From assembly GCF_000315625.1 (NCBI RefSeq), contig NW_005434670.1, positions 347,072 through 411,071 of the forward strand: DNA of 64,000 nt, written 5' to 3'. This document shows positions 1 to 10,427 of the stretch, in pieces. The DNA is from Guillardia theta CCMP2712. Taxonomy: Eukaryota; Protista; Cryptophyta. The stretch's first letter is position 1; each line of letters begins with the position of its first letter. A program made the translations under genes and the position numbers. The notes beneath the pieces were generated by a model. That model searched no databases. It had not been told where the DNA came from and was given only the letters and a program-made list of their open reading frames with translations.

Positions 1-2
1 CG

Positions 3-257
3 TTTGAAAAGTTTGGGCCCGTGGAGGACTCGTACGTAGTCAAGGATCGTGAGACTGGCCGGTCAAGAGGCTTTGCGTTCATCACCTTCTCCTCCAAGGA
101 GGCTGCCTCGCAAGCCTGCAGCGCGTTGAATGAATCAGATCTTGGAGGAAGGACCGTTAAGGTTTCCTTTGCCAAGGACAGGGATGATCAGCCTAGGGGA
201 AAGCAGGACCGTCCTCGCAGAACCTTCAAGCCTCGTGGCTCCAACAACGACGAGTGA
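3..257 (+). CDS. RRM RNA-binding protein (glycine-rich RBP/CIRBP-like), 3' part; 5' end outside the window
   Basis: FEKFGPVEDSYVVKDRETGRSRGFAFITF (RNP1 = RGFAFITF) followed by LGGRTVKVSFAK. Confidence 0.9.
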   Translation, partial: FEKFGPVEDSYVVKDRETGRSRGFAFITFSSKEAASQACSALNESDLGGRTVKVSFAKDRDDQPRGKQDRPRRTFKPRGSNNDE

Positions 258-405
258 TCGGTGGCGAGCGGTAGAAGAAGTTAATTCATTGACTCGCCGT
301 GGCCGATTAAACTTTTCAAACGTGCCCGATGTTGTTCCCTTTATCTTTGAATCTTTCACTATCATATCAGCTGCACACTCTCACACGCGTGCTTTCCTCG
401 ACCTC

Positions 406-1590
406 TCAGCTCCCACATCTTGAGCCGACATGTTTCTCCTGTCTCTTTACCTGAGAACAACCTCGAAACGAGCACAAGACGTCACCTGGCCGTTGAAAGT
501 CTTCAAGCAGGGGAGGACCGAGAGCAAAAGGAGGCTCCTCCAGGTTCCAGGGCTTCGTCCTCGTCTCTTCCTCTCCTCCTCCCTCCTCGTGACTACAGGA
601 AGGTCCTCTGCCATGGTTACTCAAGTCTGCAGTAGTGCCTGAGTTTGAAAGCGCTGCAGGCCGGATCAAGAAATACCCATGTTGGAGGACGAAGAGCAAG
701 AAGTAGCGATGAGATATGTCGATCCACTGCAAACGATGTTTCGAAGAGCCTCCACAACAAGTCACGAGGCACGTGAGAGTGATGGAAGATTCACCTTGAA
801 CGCCTGATAAAGTGACATGTGCTGGAAAACATTTCGACACAAGATCACATCGAACCGGCTGCAAGACCAAACATAAGGCCAAGAAACAATACATCCCCTC
901 TCAACCGTCTGATAGGAATGTCTACAACATCCTGCCGCAAGGCAACCAGTGAGGGGCAACAATTAGCCATCGCCAAGATATACGAAATTTCCAACGCACC
1001 CAGAGGTAGAAACGCAGCCCCAGCTCCTTGTTCCTCCGATCCTCTCTCGCAGCTCCCACCGCTCGTGGAGAGATATCAAGTCCGGTGTATCGCAGCTGCT
1101 CCGTTGCCCAAGAGCCAGGCCGGATGAAAGAATCAGCACCAGCACCAGCACCAGCACCAGCACCAGCACCAGCACCAGCACCAGCACCAGCAGCGACAGG
1201 AGGGGAAGGAGGGAGAGGGGGGTGGAGCAGCAGAAACTATCAAGATCGATTCTAGTCACCTCGCGATAGGCGAAGAGCCTCCACTGCCATCTTGCATCCC
1301 CACAACCGACGTCCAGCAAGGATCGAACCTTTTGACAACCTGTTCGTCACATTCTGCTGTAGCTTCCCCAGCTCACCTGTAGCTGTGCAGTTGCGTTGTT
1401 GAGGAACTCCAACGTCGCAAGCATATCCTGCACGAGACACTGACAACTCAAGCGTTCTCCCATCCTCCGCCCACCTCCTCCTTGACGGCTGAAACTTGAG
1501 TTCGCTGACTGTCAGTCAGGAGCAAACCTCCCTCCTGCCCCCTCCCTCCTTACCTCAGCTTGCTTCATCCTCTCGAAGATCCTGTGGCTC
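406..1590 (-). CDS. Probable multi-exon coding region of unknown function; may be the spliced continuation of the methyltransferase gene
   Basis: Minus-strand donor-like sites (GAG|gtaagg near 1553, CAG|gtgag near 1377) and short coding-like segments; exon structure not resolved. Confidence 0.35.
1134..1192. repeat. (CAGCAC)n microsatellite, probably intronic
   Basis: About 10 perfect hexamer units. Confidence 0.95.
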
Positions 1591-1595
1591 CGACC

Positions 1596-3157
1596 TCAAC
1601 ATCTTGGTGAGTCCCAGCATCCCCAGCAATCTGATACATCACCGGAGAAGATAAGGTCTATCAGATCTTCTCGCTCCTTCTCGCTGCTTCCTCCTCCTTC
1701 TCCCTCGTCGTCTGGAGCATGGGATATGTTCTGAGACCATCCCTCATGATATTCCCCATCCTCTGCAAACATACGGAAAGGCCAGCTTCTCTCCCGGACC
1801 TGACCCTCCTCCGTATACTCGTCGACAAACAACCAGACTTGTCGCATGCTCAAAGAGGGCTTCTCCTTGCCATCCCTTCCTCCTTCCATCAGCGAGATTT
1901 GTATCCAAGGCTTCCCCCCCTCGTACAGAGCGTGCAGGCCCGGCAGAGGAGCAGGCACGACGTCCTCGAAGTTTACCTCACTCAGCGTCGTCTCACTTAG
2001 CAGGTCGTTTCGGACGATTATGGCATTGATGGCATCGGCGAACATGTAGATCATCCTGTACCCGTGGAACCTCGCTAGGTTGTCAAGGGCCCTGGCGCTC
2101 ATGCCGTAGTAGCAGGTGCCATGAGGAAACCCTGCCAAGCGACTTCCTGTCCAGTGCATGTCAGCGTCGTAGGGGACCGTGAAGCTCTCGGAGGACTCGA
2201 AGTTTCTGTTGACCTCTGCGATCACAACACGGGGAGAGAAGGAGTTCAAGAGGCTGTCAAGTACCCAGAAGTCGTTGTAGTCGATGTCGATGCTAAGCAA
2301 ATCAAAGCGTCTCGGAACGCCCTGGGATATCAGCGTCTCCACGATGTTTTCCTTGGTGATGAAACACTTCAACAGAGAAGCGTTTGCATGCAAGGATGTG
2401 TTCTCGTGCCCTCCGTCGAGAAGTACAGCTCTCCATCCTTGCTCCTCCCACAGCATCCTCGTGTTGATCTCAGAACCGTCCTCACACCCAAACTCAACCG
2501 CAAACTTGTTCGTTGATCCCAGGAAAGAGAAAACCTCCTTCAGCACCCCATCCTCCCCATTCTGGCTGTACACCTTGTTCTCGTACTTGTACAGGTTTGA
2601 TATCCACTTCAACTCATCCAGCGTCCTCTGCGACCACTGCTCGAGCTCTCCTGACAGCCTTAGAGACTCGAACCTCTGCACCTTTGCTTGCAAGGCAGAG
2701 ACGTTCTTCACAAGGATAAAGGGCCTCACGGAAGAGCTTTCAATCGCATGGCCATTTTTATCCACAATATCCACTACAATGAGCGGCGACCATGACGAGT
2801 TCACCAGAACATTCACGTTCATCTCACACCCGTTCAGTACCCTGGCATGCGGATTGTGCTCCCAGCAATCGCAGGATGTGCCTGAGTGGGAGAGCGATCC
2901 AAAACTTGTCAAGATGGTCCAGTCGCTGCATTCCTGAAACCAAGACACGTCAACGAGGCCGTGGACAACAACAAGATCACCTCGCGAGCAAGATTCATGT
3001 CCGACACGAAGAACTGCAGGTGAAACCTGCCATCCACTGGCGCTACGATCGTCTGTCCTGCCTTTGGGCTCAAGATGTGAATCTTCCACGCCCATGTGGA
3101 GGAAGGGCAGCAGACTAGCAAGAATGCCGCAAGGCTGCAACCAGCCATCCATCGCAT
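1596..3157 (-). CDS. Secretory-pathway SAM-dependent methyltransferase-like protein (FkbM/Methyltransf_21-like)
   Basis: Motifs YSQNGEDG, VEFGCEDG and FDLLSIDIDYNDFW. Signal-peptide exon MRWMAGCSLAAFLLVCC (3157-2981) joins by a 47-nt GT-AG intron (2980-2934). Confidence 0.75.
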
Positions 3158-3469
3158 CCTCTAGATAGACATTCAATCCCAGCGCATGAGGCACAGGAGA
3201 GGTGAAAGAAGGTGGAGCGACCGTAGCACGACTCTCTACCTCTCTTCCCCTCCCTGCTACTTGAATATGCCACCCGCCATTCCAGTGTTCTACACGCCCG
3301 GTTCAAATAAAAATACTTTTACCATTGCACTGATTGACTGATCATGGATCAGTCGGATGAAGACTGTAGATATGATACTACTTCGGAGGCTAGGTACTCT
3401 ACTGAGAGGCAACTTCGCCGAGTCGACTCGGCGCAACTTCCGTTGAACGGTTTCGGAGTTCACAGCCGT

Positions 3470-3600
3470 CGGGCCGCGGGGCGGGGCTCCCGGGTCCGCC
3501 GCCGGGAGACCCGGGCCGGGCGCCGGGCCGGGCCCGGGCCTGAGCCCCGGCGGTCACCCCGCGGCGGGCCCGGGCCCGGGGGGGGGGAGCGCCGCAACTG
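3470..3600. promoter_or_regulatory. GGCCCGGG-rich intergenic GC island (putative promoter-associated)
   Basis: Dense GGCCCGGG/CCGG words; similar islands at ~17305, 20060, 23700-23910, 32910, 40070-40640 and 43345. Confidence 0.45.
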
Positions 3601-4341
3601 AGCTACACGGTGACGCCCCGGTCACCGGCACGGTTGAAAGCTCAGCGGCTTGAAACATCCGATCATGGCCCGGTGACACTGAGTACCACTCGGCTTACCG
3701 TTGTAGTACTAGTAACGCCGGCACCCGAACTTCACTTGATCGGACGCCGCAGGGGCATACTACGACCGAACGGCGGTACCGTCGGGCCCCAGCTGGCTAA
3801 AACTTGAAACGAACGACAAACACTCCCCGGCTGAGATCATCATGGCATGGGACTCGGCGCCGGGATTCCCAGAGTCCCCGGAGCCAAAAGTCAATCCTCG
3901 AGATCAGGGGAGTCCCGTTCCCCAACTTTGTGACTGGAGAGTCCCGTCACGGCCCTCTCTGAGCCACCGGGGTACTCTCATAGTGCGGAGATAGGGATCG
4001 GACCGGTGGTGAGAGGCGGGGGCCGGGTCCACGGCTTCGCCATGGTTGCCGTTTAACTGGATGAGGCTCAGCCCCGGGCCTTTAGCCCGTCACGCCCGAC
4101 GTGACGATGAACGGTTTACCACCAGATGCGCCCGAAAGTCCACGCCGGAAGTGGGAAGAGACATTAAGACAGGTGGGGTAGTGACTGATAGGGCAAGACC
4201 CGGGACATTGTCCTACTTTCCAGGGGTGTAAGGCTGCCCTGATTCCCCCAGGGGTGGGGGTACCGGAGTGAGTGGAGCTCCCAGGCACATAAAAGGAGGA
4301 AGCTTGGCTGCTGTGGAGCATACATTTCGAGCAACGACAGC

Positions 4342-4818
4342 ATGACACCAACCGATATGAGCGCCTTCGTCGAGCTATGGGGCTCCTCGCCCTGCGTGAG
4401 CCCCGTCAGCAGCAGCACCAACCTCGTCTGCGACTTCTCGCTCCTCCAGGCTCATCACAGCGACATGGCGTTCCTCCAAGACTGGGAGGCGATGGAGACA
4501 AGGACCATGGCGAACAAGCACGCAGAGGAGGAAAAGGAGGAGGAAAAGGAGGAGGAGTCAGCCAGGCGATGCAGGCCAAGCCGAGGCGTAGACGGGGAGA
4601 GCAAGCATCACGAGGACTGCGCCCGCGGGGCGAGGGAGGGAAGGTGCAACGCCAGGGACGGATGCTGTACCGCCCCCAGGTGGGGATCTAGAACGAGGGA
4701 CACGAGAGTACCCAGGGCAGGATGCCGAGCCGGGCAGGGCTCTTCTCTTCTGTGTAAAGCGAGCGGAGGGAGGGGGAGAGGCTTGGTATGTAGTATAGGC
4801 GTGTATGCGGATCAATAA
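4342..4818 (+). CDS. Orphan 158-aa ORF, array copy 1
   Basis: ATG ~50 nt after TATA-like CATAAAAG; stop codon overlaps AATAAA; no recognisable domain. Confidence 0.45.
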   Translation: MTPTDMSAFVELWGSSPCVSPVSSSTNLVCDFSLLQAHHSDMAFLQDWEAMETRTMANKHAEEEKEEEKEEESARRCRPSRGVDGESKHHEDCARGAREGRCNARDGCCTAPRWGSRTRDTRVPRAGCRAGQGSSLLCKASGGRGRGLVCSIGVYADQ

Positions 4819-4823
4819 ACATA

Positions 4824-5328
4824 CCGTCACCCCCTCGTACAGTGATATGAGCTGAGAGTCAACAGGCTCGTAGACGTTTGAGTCAAGTTACCGACTGAGA
4901 CAGAGCAATCCGGGTGGCTTACCCCATGTCTGATATCAAGTTGTGGCCGAGAGAGCAGAACTCCAAAGCTCACTGACACTGGGCTGTGTCAGGAGCCAGA
5001 GCTCGCAGTGACAAGACGAGCCGAGTCCTCACGGTCCACCACGTTGCCTGTAACAGCCATCGCAACGGCCCTGCGGATCGAGCTCTCTCGCCCGTACACA
5101 CCTGTAGGCGTAGAACAGAGCTATAAACGCTTCTCTCACAGGCTCCAGCCAGGCCTCGTCACTTGCGAACGGCGGCCTTAGCCGCTCACCGTGACGTGCA
5201 TGCTGCCTTGTATCATACGGCCATCGCTAGCGGCAGTGCTGGACTGTGCTGCCGCACGAGGACCGACACCATCCCTTCAAGAGGAAGGTAAGGGAGTACA
5301 CAAGGCCCGATGAGGTTGTGAGGGTCTC
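4824..5328 (-). mobile_element. TA-bounded ~505-bp segment, inverted relative to the other array copies
   Basis: AAACA-TA-CCGTCACCCCCTC...GTTGTGAGGGTCTC-TA-CAGTTT is the reverse complement of 6847-7355 inside the same flanks. Confidence 0.9.
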
Positions 5329-6083
5329 TACAGTTTCACGGGCACTGAAGTTAGCTGCCAGTAGCCTGAGTCACGGGCAAGTTGGCTGCCCGCGGCCTGT
5401 CACTCAGGCTGTGCCGGCTTGATGATTGGAACTTCGGAACCTGTCACTTGATTCAGGCACGGTGCCGAGGGAAAACCGATCAGTATTGATCGCATCATAG
5501 TAAACAGATTATGGGATCGGACAATCTTTACTCAAAGTTAAGTCGGATGCCCGGCCGTTGAAGCTTTGACTCTCGCTGACGATCCGATGGTTTGAAAAGA
5601 GTTCAAGTGTGTTTCACGACAACCCCTAAGCTCACCCTTTGGTCGATCCAGCCGTAAGCAACCGGTGTCCGTGCCAGCCTAAAGTCAATCCTCGAGATCA
5701 GGGGAGTCCCGTTCCCCAACTTTGTGACTGGAGAGTCCCGTCACGGCCCTCTCTGAGCCACGGGTACTCTCATAGTGCGGAGATAGGGATCGGACCGGTG
5801 GTGAGAGGCGGGGGCCGGGTCCACGGCTTCGCCATGGTTGCCGTTTAACTGGATGAGGCTCAGCCCCGGGCCTTTAGCCCGTCACGCCCGACGTGACGAT
5901 GTTTACCACCAGATGCGCCCGAAAGTCCACGCCGGAAGTGGGAAGAGACCTTAAGACAGGTGGGGTAGTGACTGATAGGGCAAGACCCGGGACATTGTCC
6001 TACTTTCCAGGGGTGTAAGGCTGCCCTGATTCCCCCAGGGGTGGGGGTACCGGAGTGAGTGGAGCTCCCAGGCACATAAAAGG

Positions 6084-6319
6084 GGTTCGGCGGCGGCCAC
6101 CGCGACATCGCTGGCATGGCCGCGCGGGGAACTTGTCCTGCGCGCCGTTAAGTGAAGGTATCAGTTAAGCTTGGGGGACAGCAGTCGGCAGGATTAGGTT
6201 TGGTTCTCGCTGTCTTTTCTCTTCTCGCCGTTTGGGCCTGTGCGACAGTGTCAGGGTCAAGCCTCCTCGACTCTCCTGATTGTCCTCGTACTGATTTTTA
6301 ACTTAACTTTGAGTAAAAG
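6084..6319. mobile_element. 236-bp non-autonomous insertion without an exact TSD
   Basis: Absent from copies 1, 3 and 4 (empty site CATAAAAGG|AGGAAGC); its end ACTTAACTTTGAGTAAAAG recurs elsewhere in the window. Confidence 0.85.
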
Positions 6320-6364
6320 AGGAAGCTTGGCTGCTGTGGAGCATACATTTCGAGCAACGACAGC

Positions 6365-6841
6365 ATGACACCAACCGATATGAGCGCCTTCGTCGAGCTA
6401 TGGGGCTCCTCGCCCTGCGTGAGCCCCGTCAGCAGCAGCACCAACCTCGTCTGCGACTTCTCGCTCCTCCAGGCTCATCACAGCGACATGGCGTTCCTCC
6501 AAGACTGGGAGGCGATGGAGACAAGGACCATGGCGAACAAGCACGCAGAGGAGGAAAAGGAGGAGGAAAAGGAGGAGGAGTCAGCCAGGCGATGCAGGCC
6601 AAGCCGAGGCGTAGACGGGGAGAGCAAGCATCACGAGGACTGCGCCCGCGGGGCGAGGGAGGGAAGGTGCAACGCCAGGGACGGATGCTGTACCGCCCCC
6701 AGGTGGGGATCTAGAACGAGGGACACGAGAGTACCCAGGGCAGGATGCCGAGCCGGGCAGGGCTCTTCTCTTCTGTGTAAAGCGAGCGGAGGGAGGGGGA
6801 GAGGCTTGGTATGTAGTATAGGCGTGTATGCGGATCAATAA
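6365..6841 (+). CDS. Orphan 158-aa ORF, array copy 2
   Basis: Protein identical to that of 4342-4818. Confidence 0.45.
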   Translation: MTPTDMSAFVELWGSSPCVSPVSSSTNLVCDFSLLQAHHSDMAFLQDWEAMETRTMANKHAEEEKEEEKEEESARRCRPSRGVDGESKHHEDCARGAREGRCNARDGCCTAPRWGSRTRDTRVPRAGCRAGQGSSLLCKASGGRGRGLVCSIGVYADQ

Positions 6842-6846
6842 ACATA

Positions 6847-7355
6847 GAGACCCTCACAACCTCATCGGGCCTTGTGTACTCCCTTACCTTCCTCTTGAAG
6901 GGATGGTGTCGGTCCTCGTGCGGCAGCACAGTCCAGCACTGCCGCTAGCGATGGCCGTATGATACAAGGCAGCATGCACGTCACGGTGAGCGGCTAAGGC
7001 CGCCGTTCGCAAGTGACGAGGCCTGGCTGGAGCCTGTGAGAGAAGCGTTTATAGCTCTGTTCTACGCCTACAGGTGTGTACGGGCGAGAGAGCTCGATCC
7101 GCAGGGCCGTTGCGATGGCTGTTACAGGCAACGTGGTGGACCGTGAGGACTCGGCTCGTCTTGTCACTGCGAGCTCTGGCTCCTGACACAGCCCAGTGTC
7201 AGTGAGCTTTGGAGTTCTGCTCCGAGTGTCGGCCACAACTTGATATCAGACATGGGGTAAGCCACCCGGATTGCTCTGTCTCAGTCGGTAACTTGACTCA
7301 AACGTCTACGAGCCTGTTGACTCTCAGCTCATATCACTGTACGAGGGGGTGACGG
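6847..7355 (+). mobile_element. TA-bounded 509-bp segment, majority orientation (also 8638-9146 and truncated 10433-10777)
   Basis: TA-GAGACCCTCACAACCTC...GAGGGGGTGACGG-TA. Confidence 0.85.
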
Positions 7356-8155
7356 TACGGTTTCACGGGCACTGAAGTTAGCTGCCAGCAGCCTGAGTCA
7401 CGGGCAAGTTGGCTGCCCGCGGCCTGTCACTCAGGCTGTGCCGGCTTGATGATTGGAACTTCGGAACCTGTCACTTGATTCAGGCACGGTGCCGAGGGAA
7501 AACCGATCAGTATTGATCGCATCATAGTAAACAGATTATGGGATCGGACAATCTTTACTCAAAGTTAAGTCGGATGCCCGGCCGTTGAAGCTTTGACTCT
7601 CGCTGACGATCCGATGGTTTGAAAAGAGTTCAAGTGTGTTTCACGACAACCCCTAAGCTCACCCTTTGGTCGATCCAGCCGTAAGCAACCGGTGTCCGTG
7701 CCAGCCTAAAGTCAATCCTCGAGATCAGGGGAGTCCCGTTCCCCAACTTTGTGACTGGAGAGTCCCGTCACGGCCCTCTCTGAGCCACGGGTACTCTCAT
7801 AGTGCGGGGATAGGGATCGGACCGGTGGTGAGAGGCGGGGGCCGGGTCCACGGCTTCGCCATGGTTGCCGTTTAACTGGATGAGGCTCAGCCCCGGGCCT
7901 TTAGCCCGTCACGCCCGACGTGACGATGTTTACCACCAGATGCGCCCGAAAGTCCACGCCGGAAGTGGGAAGAGACCTTAAGACAGGTGGGGTAGTGACT
8001 GATAGGGCAAGACCCGGGACATTGTCCTACTTTCCAGGGGTGTAAGGCTGCCCTGATTCCCCCAGGGGTGGGGGTACCGGAGTGAGTGGAGCTCCCAGGC
8101 ACATAAAAGGAGGAAGCTTGGCTGCTGTGGAGCATACATTTCGAGCAACGACAGC

Positions 8156-8632
8156 ATGACACCAACCGATATGAGCGCCTTCGTCGAGCTATGGGGCTCC
8201 TCGCCCTGCGTGAGCCCCGTCAGCAGCAGCACCAACCTCGTCTGCGACTTCTCGCTCCTCCAGGCTCATCACAGCGACATGGCGTTCCTCCAAGACTGGG
8301 AGGCGATGGAGACAAGGACCATGGCGAACAAGCACGCAGAGGAGGAAAAGGAGGAGGAAAAGGAGGAGGAGTCAGCCAGGCGATGCAGGCCAAGCCGAGG
8401 CGTAGACGGGGAGAGCAAGCATCACGAGGACTGCGCCCGCGGGGCGAGGGAGGGAAGGTGCAACGCCAGGGACGGATGCTGTACCGCCCCCAGGTGGGGA
8501 TCTAGAACGAGGGACACGAGAGTACCCAGGGCAGGATGCCGAGCCGGGCAGGGCTCTTCTCTTCTGTGTAAAGCGAGCGGAGGGAGGGGGAGAGGCTTGG
8601 TATGTAGTATAGGCGTGTATGCGGATCAATAA
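8156..8632 (+). CDS. Orphan 158-aa ORF, array copy 3
   Basis: Protein identical to that of 4342-4818. Confidence 0.45.
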   Translation: MTPTDMSAFVELWGSSPCVSPVSSSTNLVCDFSLLQAHHSDMAFLQDWEAMETRTMANKHAEEEKEEEKEEESARRCRPSRGVDGESKHHEDCARGAREGRCNARDGCCTAPRWGSRTRDTRVPRAGCRAGQGSSLLCKASGGRGRGLVCSIGVYADQ

Positions 8633-9946
8633 ACATAGAGACCCTCACAACCTCATCGGGCCTTGTGTGATCCCTTACCTTCCTCTTGAAGGGATGGTGT
8701 CGGTCCTCGTGCGGCAGCACAGTCCAGCACTGCCGCTAGCGATGGCCGTATGATACAAGGCAGCATGCACGTCACGGTGAGCGGCTAAGGCCGCCGTTCG
8801 CAAGTGACGAGGCCTGGCTGGAGCCTGTGAGAGAAGCGTTTATAGCTCTGTTCTACGCCTACAGGTGTGTACGGGCGAGAGAGCTCGATCCGCAGGGCCG
8901 TTGCGATGGCTGTTACAGGCAACGTGGTGGACCGTGAGGACTTGGCTCGTCTTGTCACTGCGAGCTCTGGCTCCTGACACAGCCCAGTGTCAGTGAGCTT
9001 TGGAGTTCTGCTCCGAGTGTCGGCCACAACTTGATATCAGACATGGGGTAAGCCACCCGGATTGCTCTGTCTCAGTCGGTAACTTGACTCAAACGTCTAC
9101 GAGCCTGTTGACTCTCAGCTCATATCACTGTACGAGGGGGTGACGGTACGGTTTCACGGGCACTGAAGTTAGCTGCCAGCAGCCTGAGTCACGGGCAAGT
9201 TGGCTGCCCGCGGCCTGTCACTCAGGCTGTGCCGGCTTGATGATTGGAACTTCGGAACCTGTCACTTGATTCAGGCACGGTGCCGAGGGAAAACCGATCA
9301 GTATTGATCGCATCATAGTAAACAGATTATGGGATCGGACAATCTTTACTCAAAGTTAAGTCGGATGCCCGGCCGTTGAAGCTTTGACTCTCGCTGACGA
9401 TCCGATGGTTTGAAAAGAGTTCAAGTGTGTTTCACGACAACCCCTAAGCTCACCCTTTGGTCGATCCAGCCGTAAGCAACCGGTGTCCGTGCCAGCCTAA
9501 AGTCAATCCTCGAGATCAGGGGAGTCCCGTTCCCCAACTTTGTGACTGGAGAGTCCCGTCACGGCCCTCTCTGAGCCACGGGTACTCTCATAGTGCGGGG
9601 ATAGGGATCGGACCGGTGGTGAGAGGCGGGGGCCGGGTCCACGGCTTCGCCATGGTTGCCGTTTAACTGGATGAGGCTCAGCCCCGGGCCTTTAGCCCGT
9701 CACGCCCGACGTGACGATGTTTACCACCAGATGCGCCCGAAAGTCCACGCCGGAAGTGGGAAGAGACCTTAAGACAGGTGGGGTAGTGACTGATAGGGCA
9801 AGACCCGGGACATTGTCCTACTTTCCAGGGGTGTAAGGCTGCCCTGATTCCCCCAGGGGTGGGGGTACCGGAGTGAGTGGAGCTCCCAGGCACATAAAAG
9901 GAGGAAGCTTGGCTGCTGTGGAGCATACATTTCGAGCAACGACAGC

Positions 9947-10427
9947 ATGACACCAACCGATATGAGCGCCCAAGTTCGTCGAGCTATGGGGCTCCTCGCC
10001 CTGCGTGAGCCCCGTCAGCAGCAGCACCAACCTCGTCTGCGACTTCTCGCTCCTCCAGGCTCATCACAGCGACATGGCGTTCCTCCAAGACTGGGAGGCG
10101 ATGGAGACAAGGATCATGGCGAACAAGCACGCAGAGGAGGAAAAGGAGGAGGAAAAGGAGGAGGAGTCAGCCAGGCGATGCAGGCCAAGCCGAGGCGTAG
10201 ACGGGGAGAGCAAGCATCACGAGGACTGCGCCCGCGGGGCGAGGGAGGGAAGGTGCAACGCCAGGGACGGATGCTGTACCGCCCTCAGGTGGGGATCTAG
10301 AACGAGGGACACGAGAGTACCCAGGGCAGGATGCCGAGCCGGGCAGGGCTCTTCTCTTCTGTGTAAAGCGAGCGGAGGGAGGGGGAGAGGCTTGGTATGT
10401 AGTATAGGCGTGTATGCGGATCAATAA
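9947..10427 (+). pseudogene. Array copy 4 ORF, frameshifted by a 4-bp CAAG insertion
   Basis: GAGCGCC-CAAG-TTCGTCG versus GAGCGCCTTCGTCG in the other copies. Confidence 0.5.

Noticed and set aside
2934-3194. N-terminus of the 532-aa ORF as listed in the ORF track
   Set aside because: A signal-peptide exon in another frame plus a 47-nt intron explains the region better
4824-5328. Ordinary Tc1/mariner MITE with TA duplication
   Set aside because: The inverted repeats are weak and offset by 4 bp, and two independent insertions at the same TA in opposite orientations would be needed; not fully excluded
5639-5848. Short ORFs repeated in the array (69, 72, 80, 92 and 104 aa)
   Set aside because: Their recurrence only reflects the DNA repeat; they have no motifs, and several use non-ATG starts or shadow the main ORF
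6084-6319. Fanzor/TnpB omega-RNA ghost element
   Set aside because: No RuvC ORF in the window and no sequence comparison possible here; kept only as one testable option
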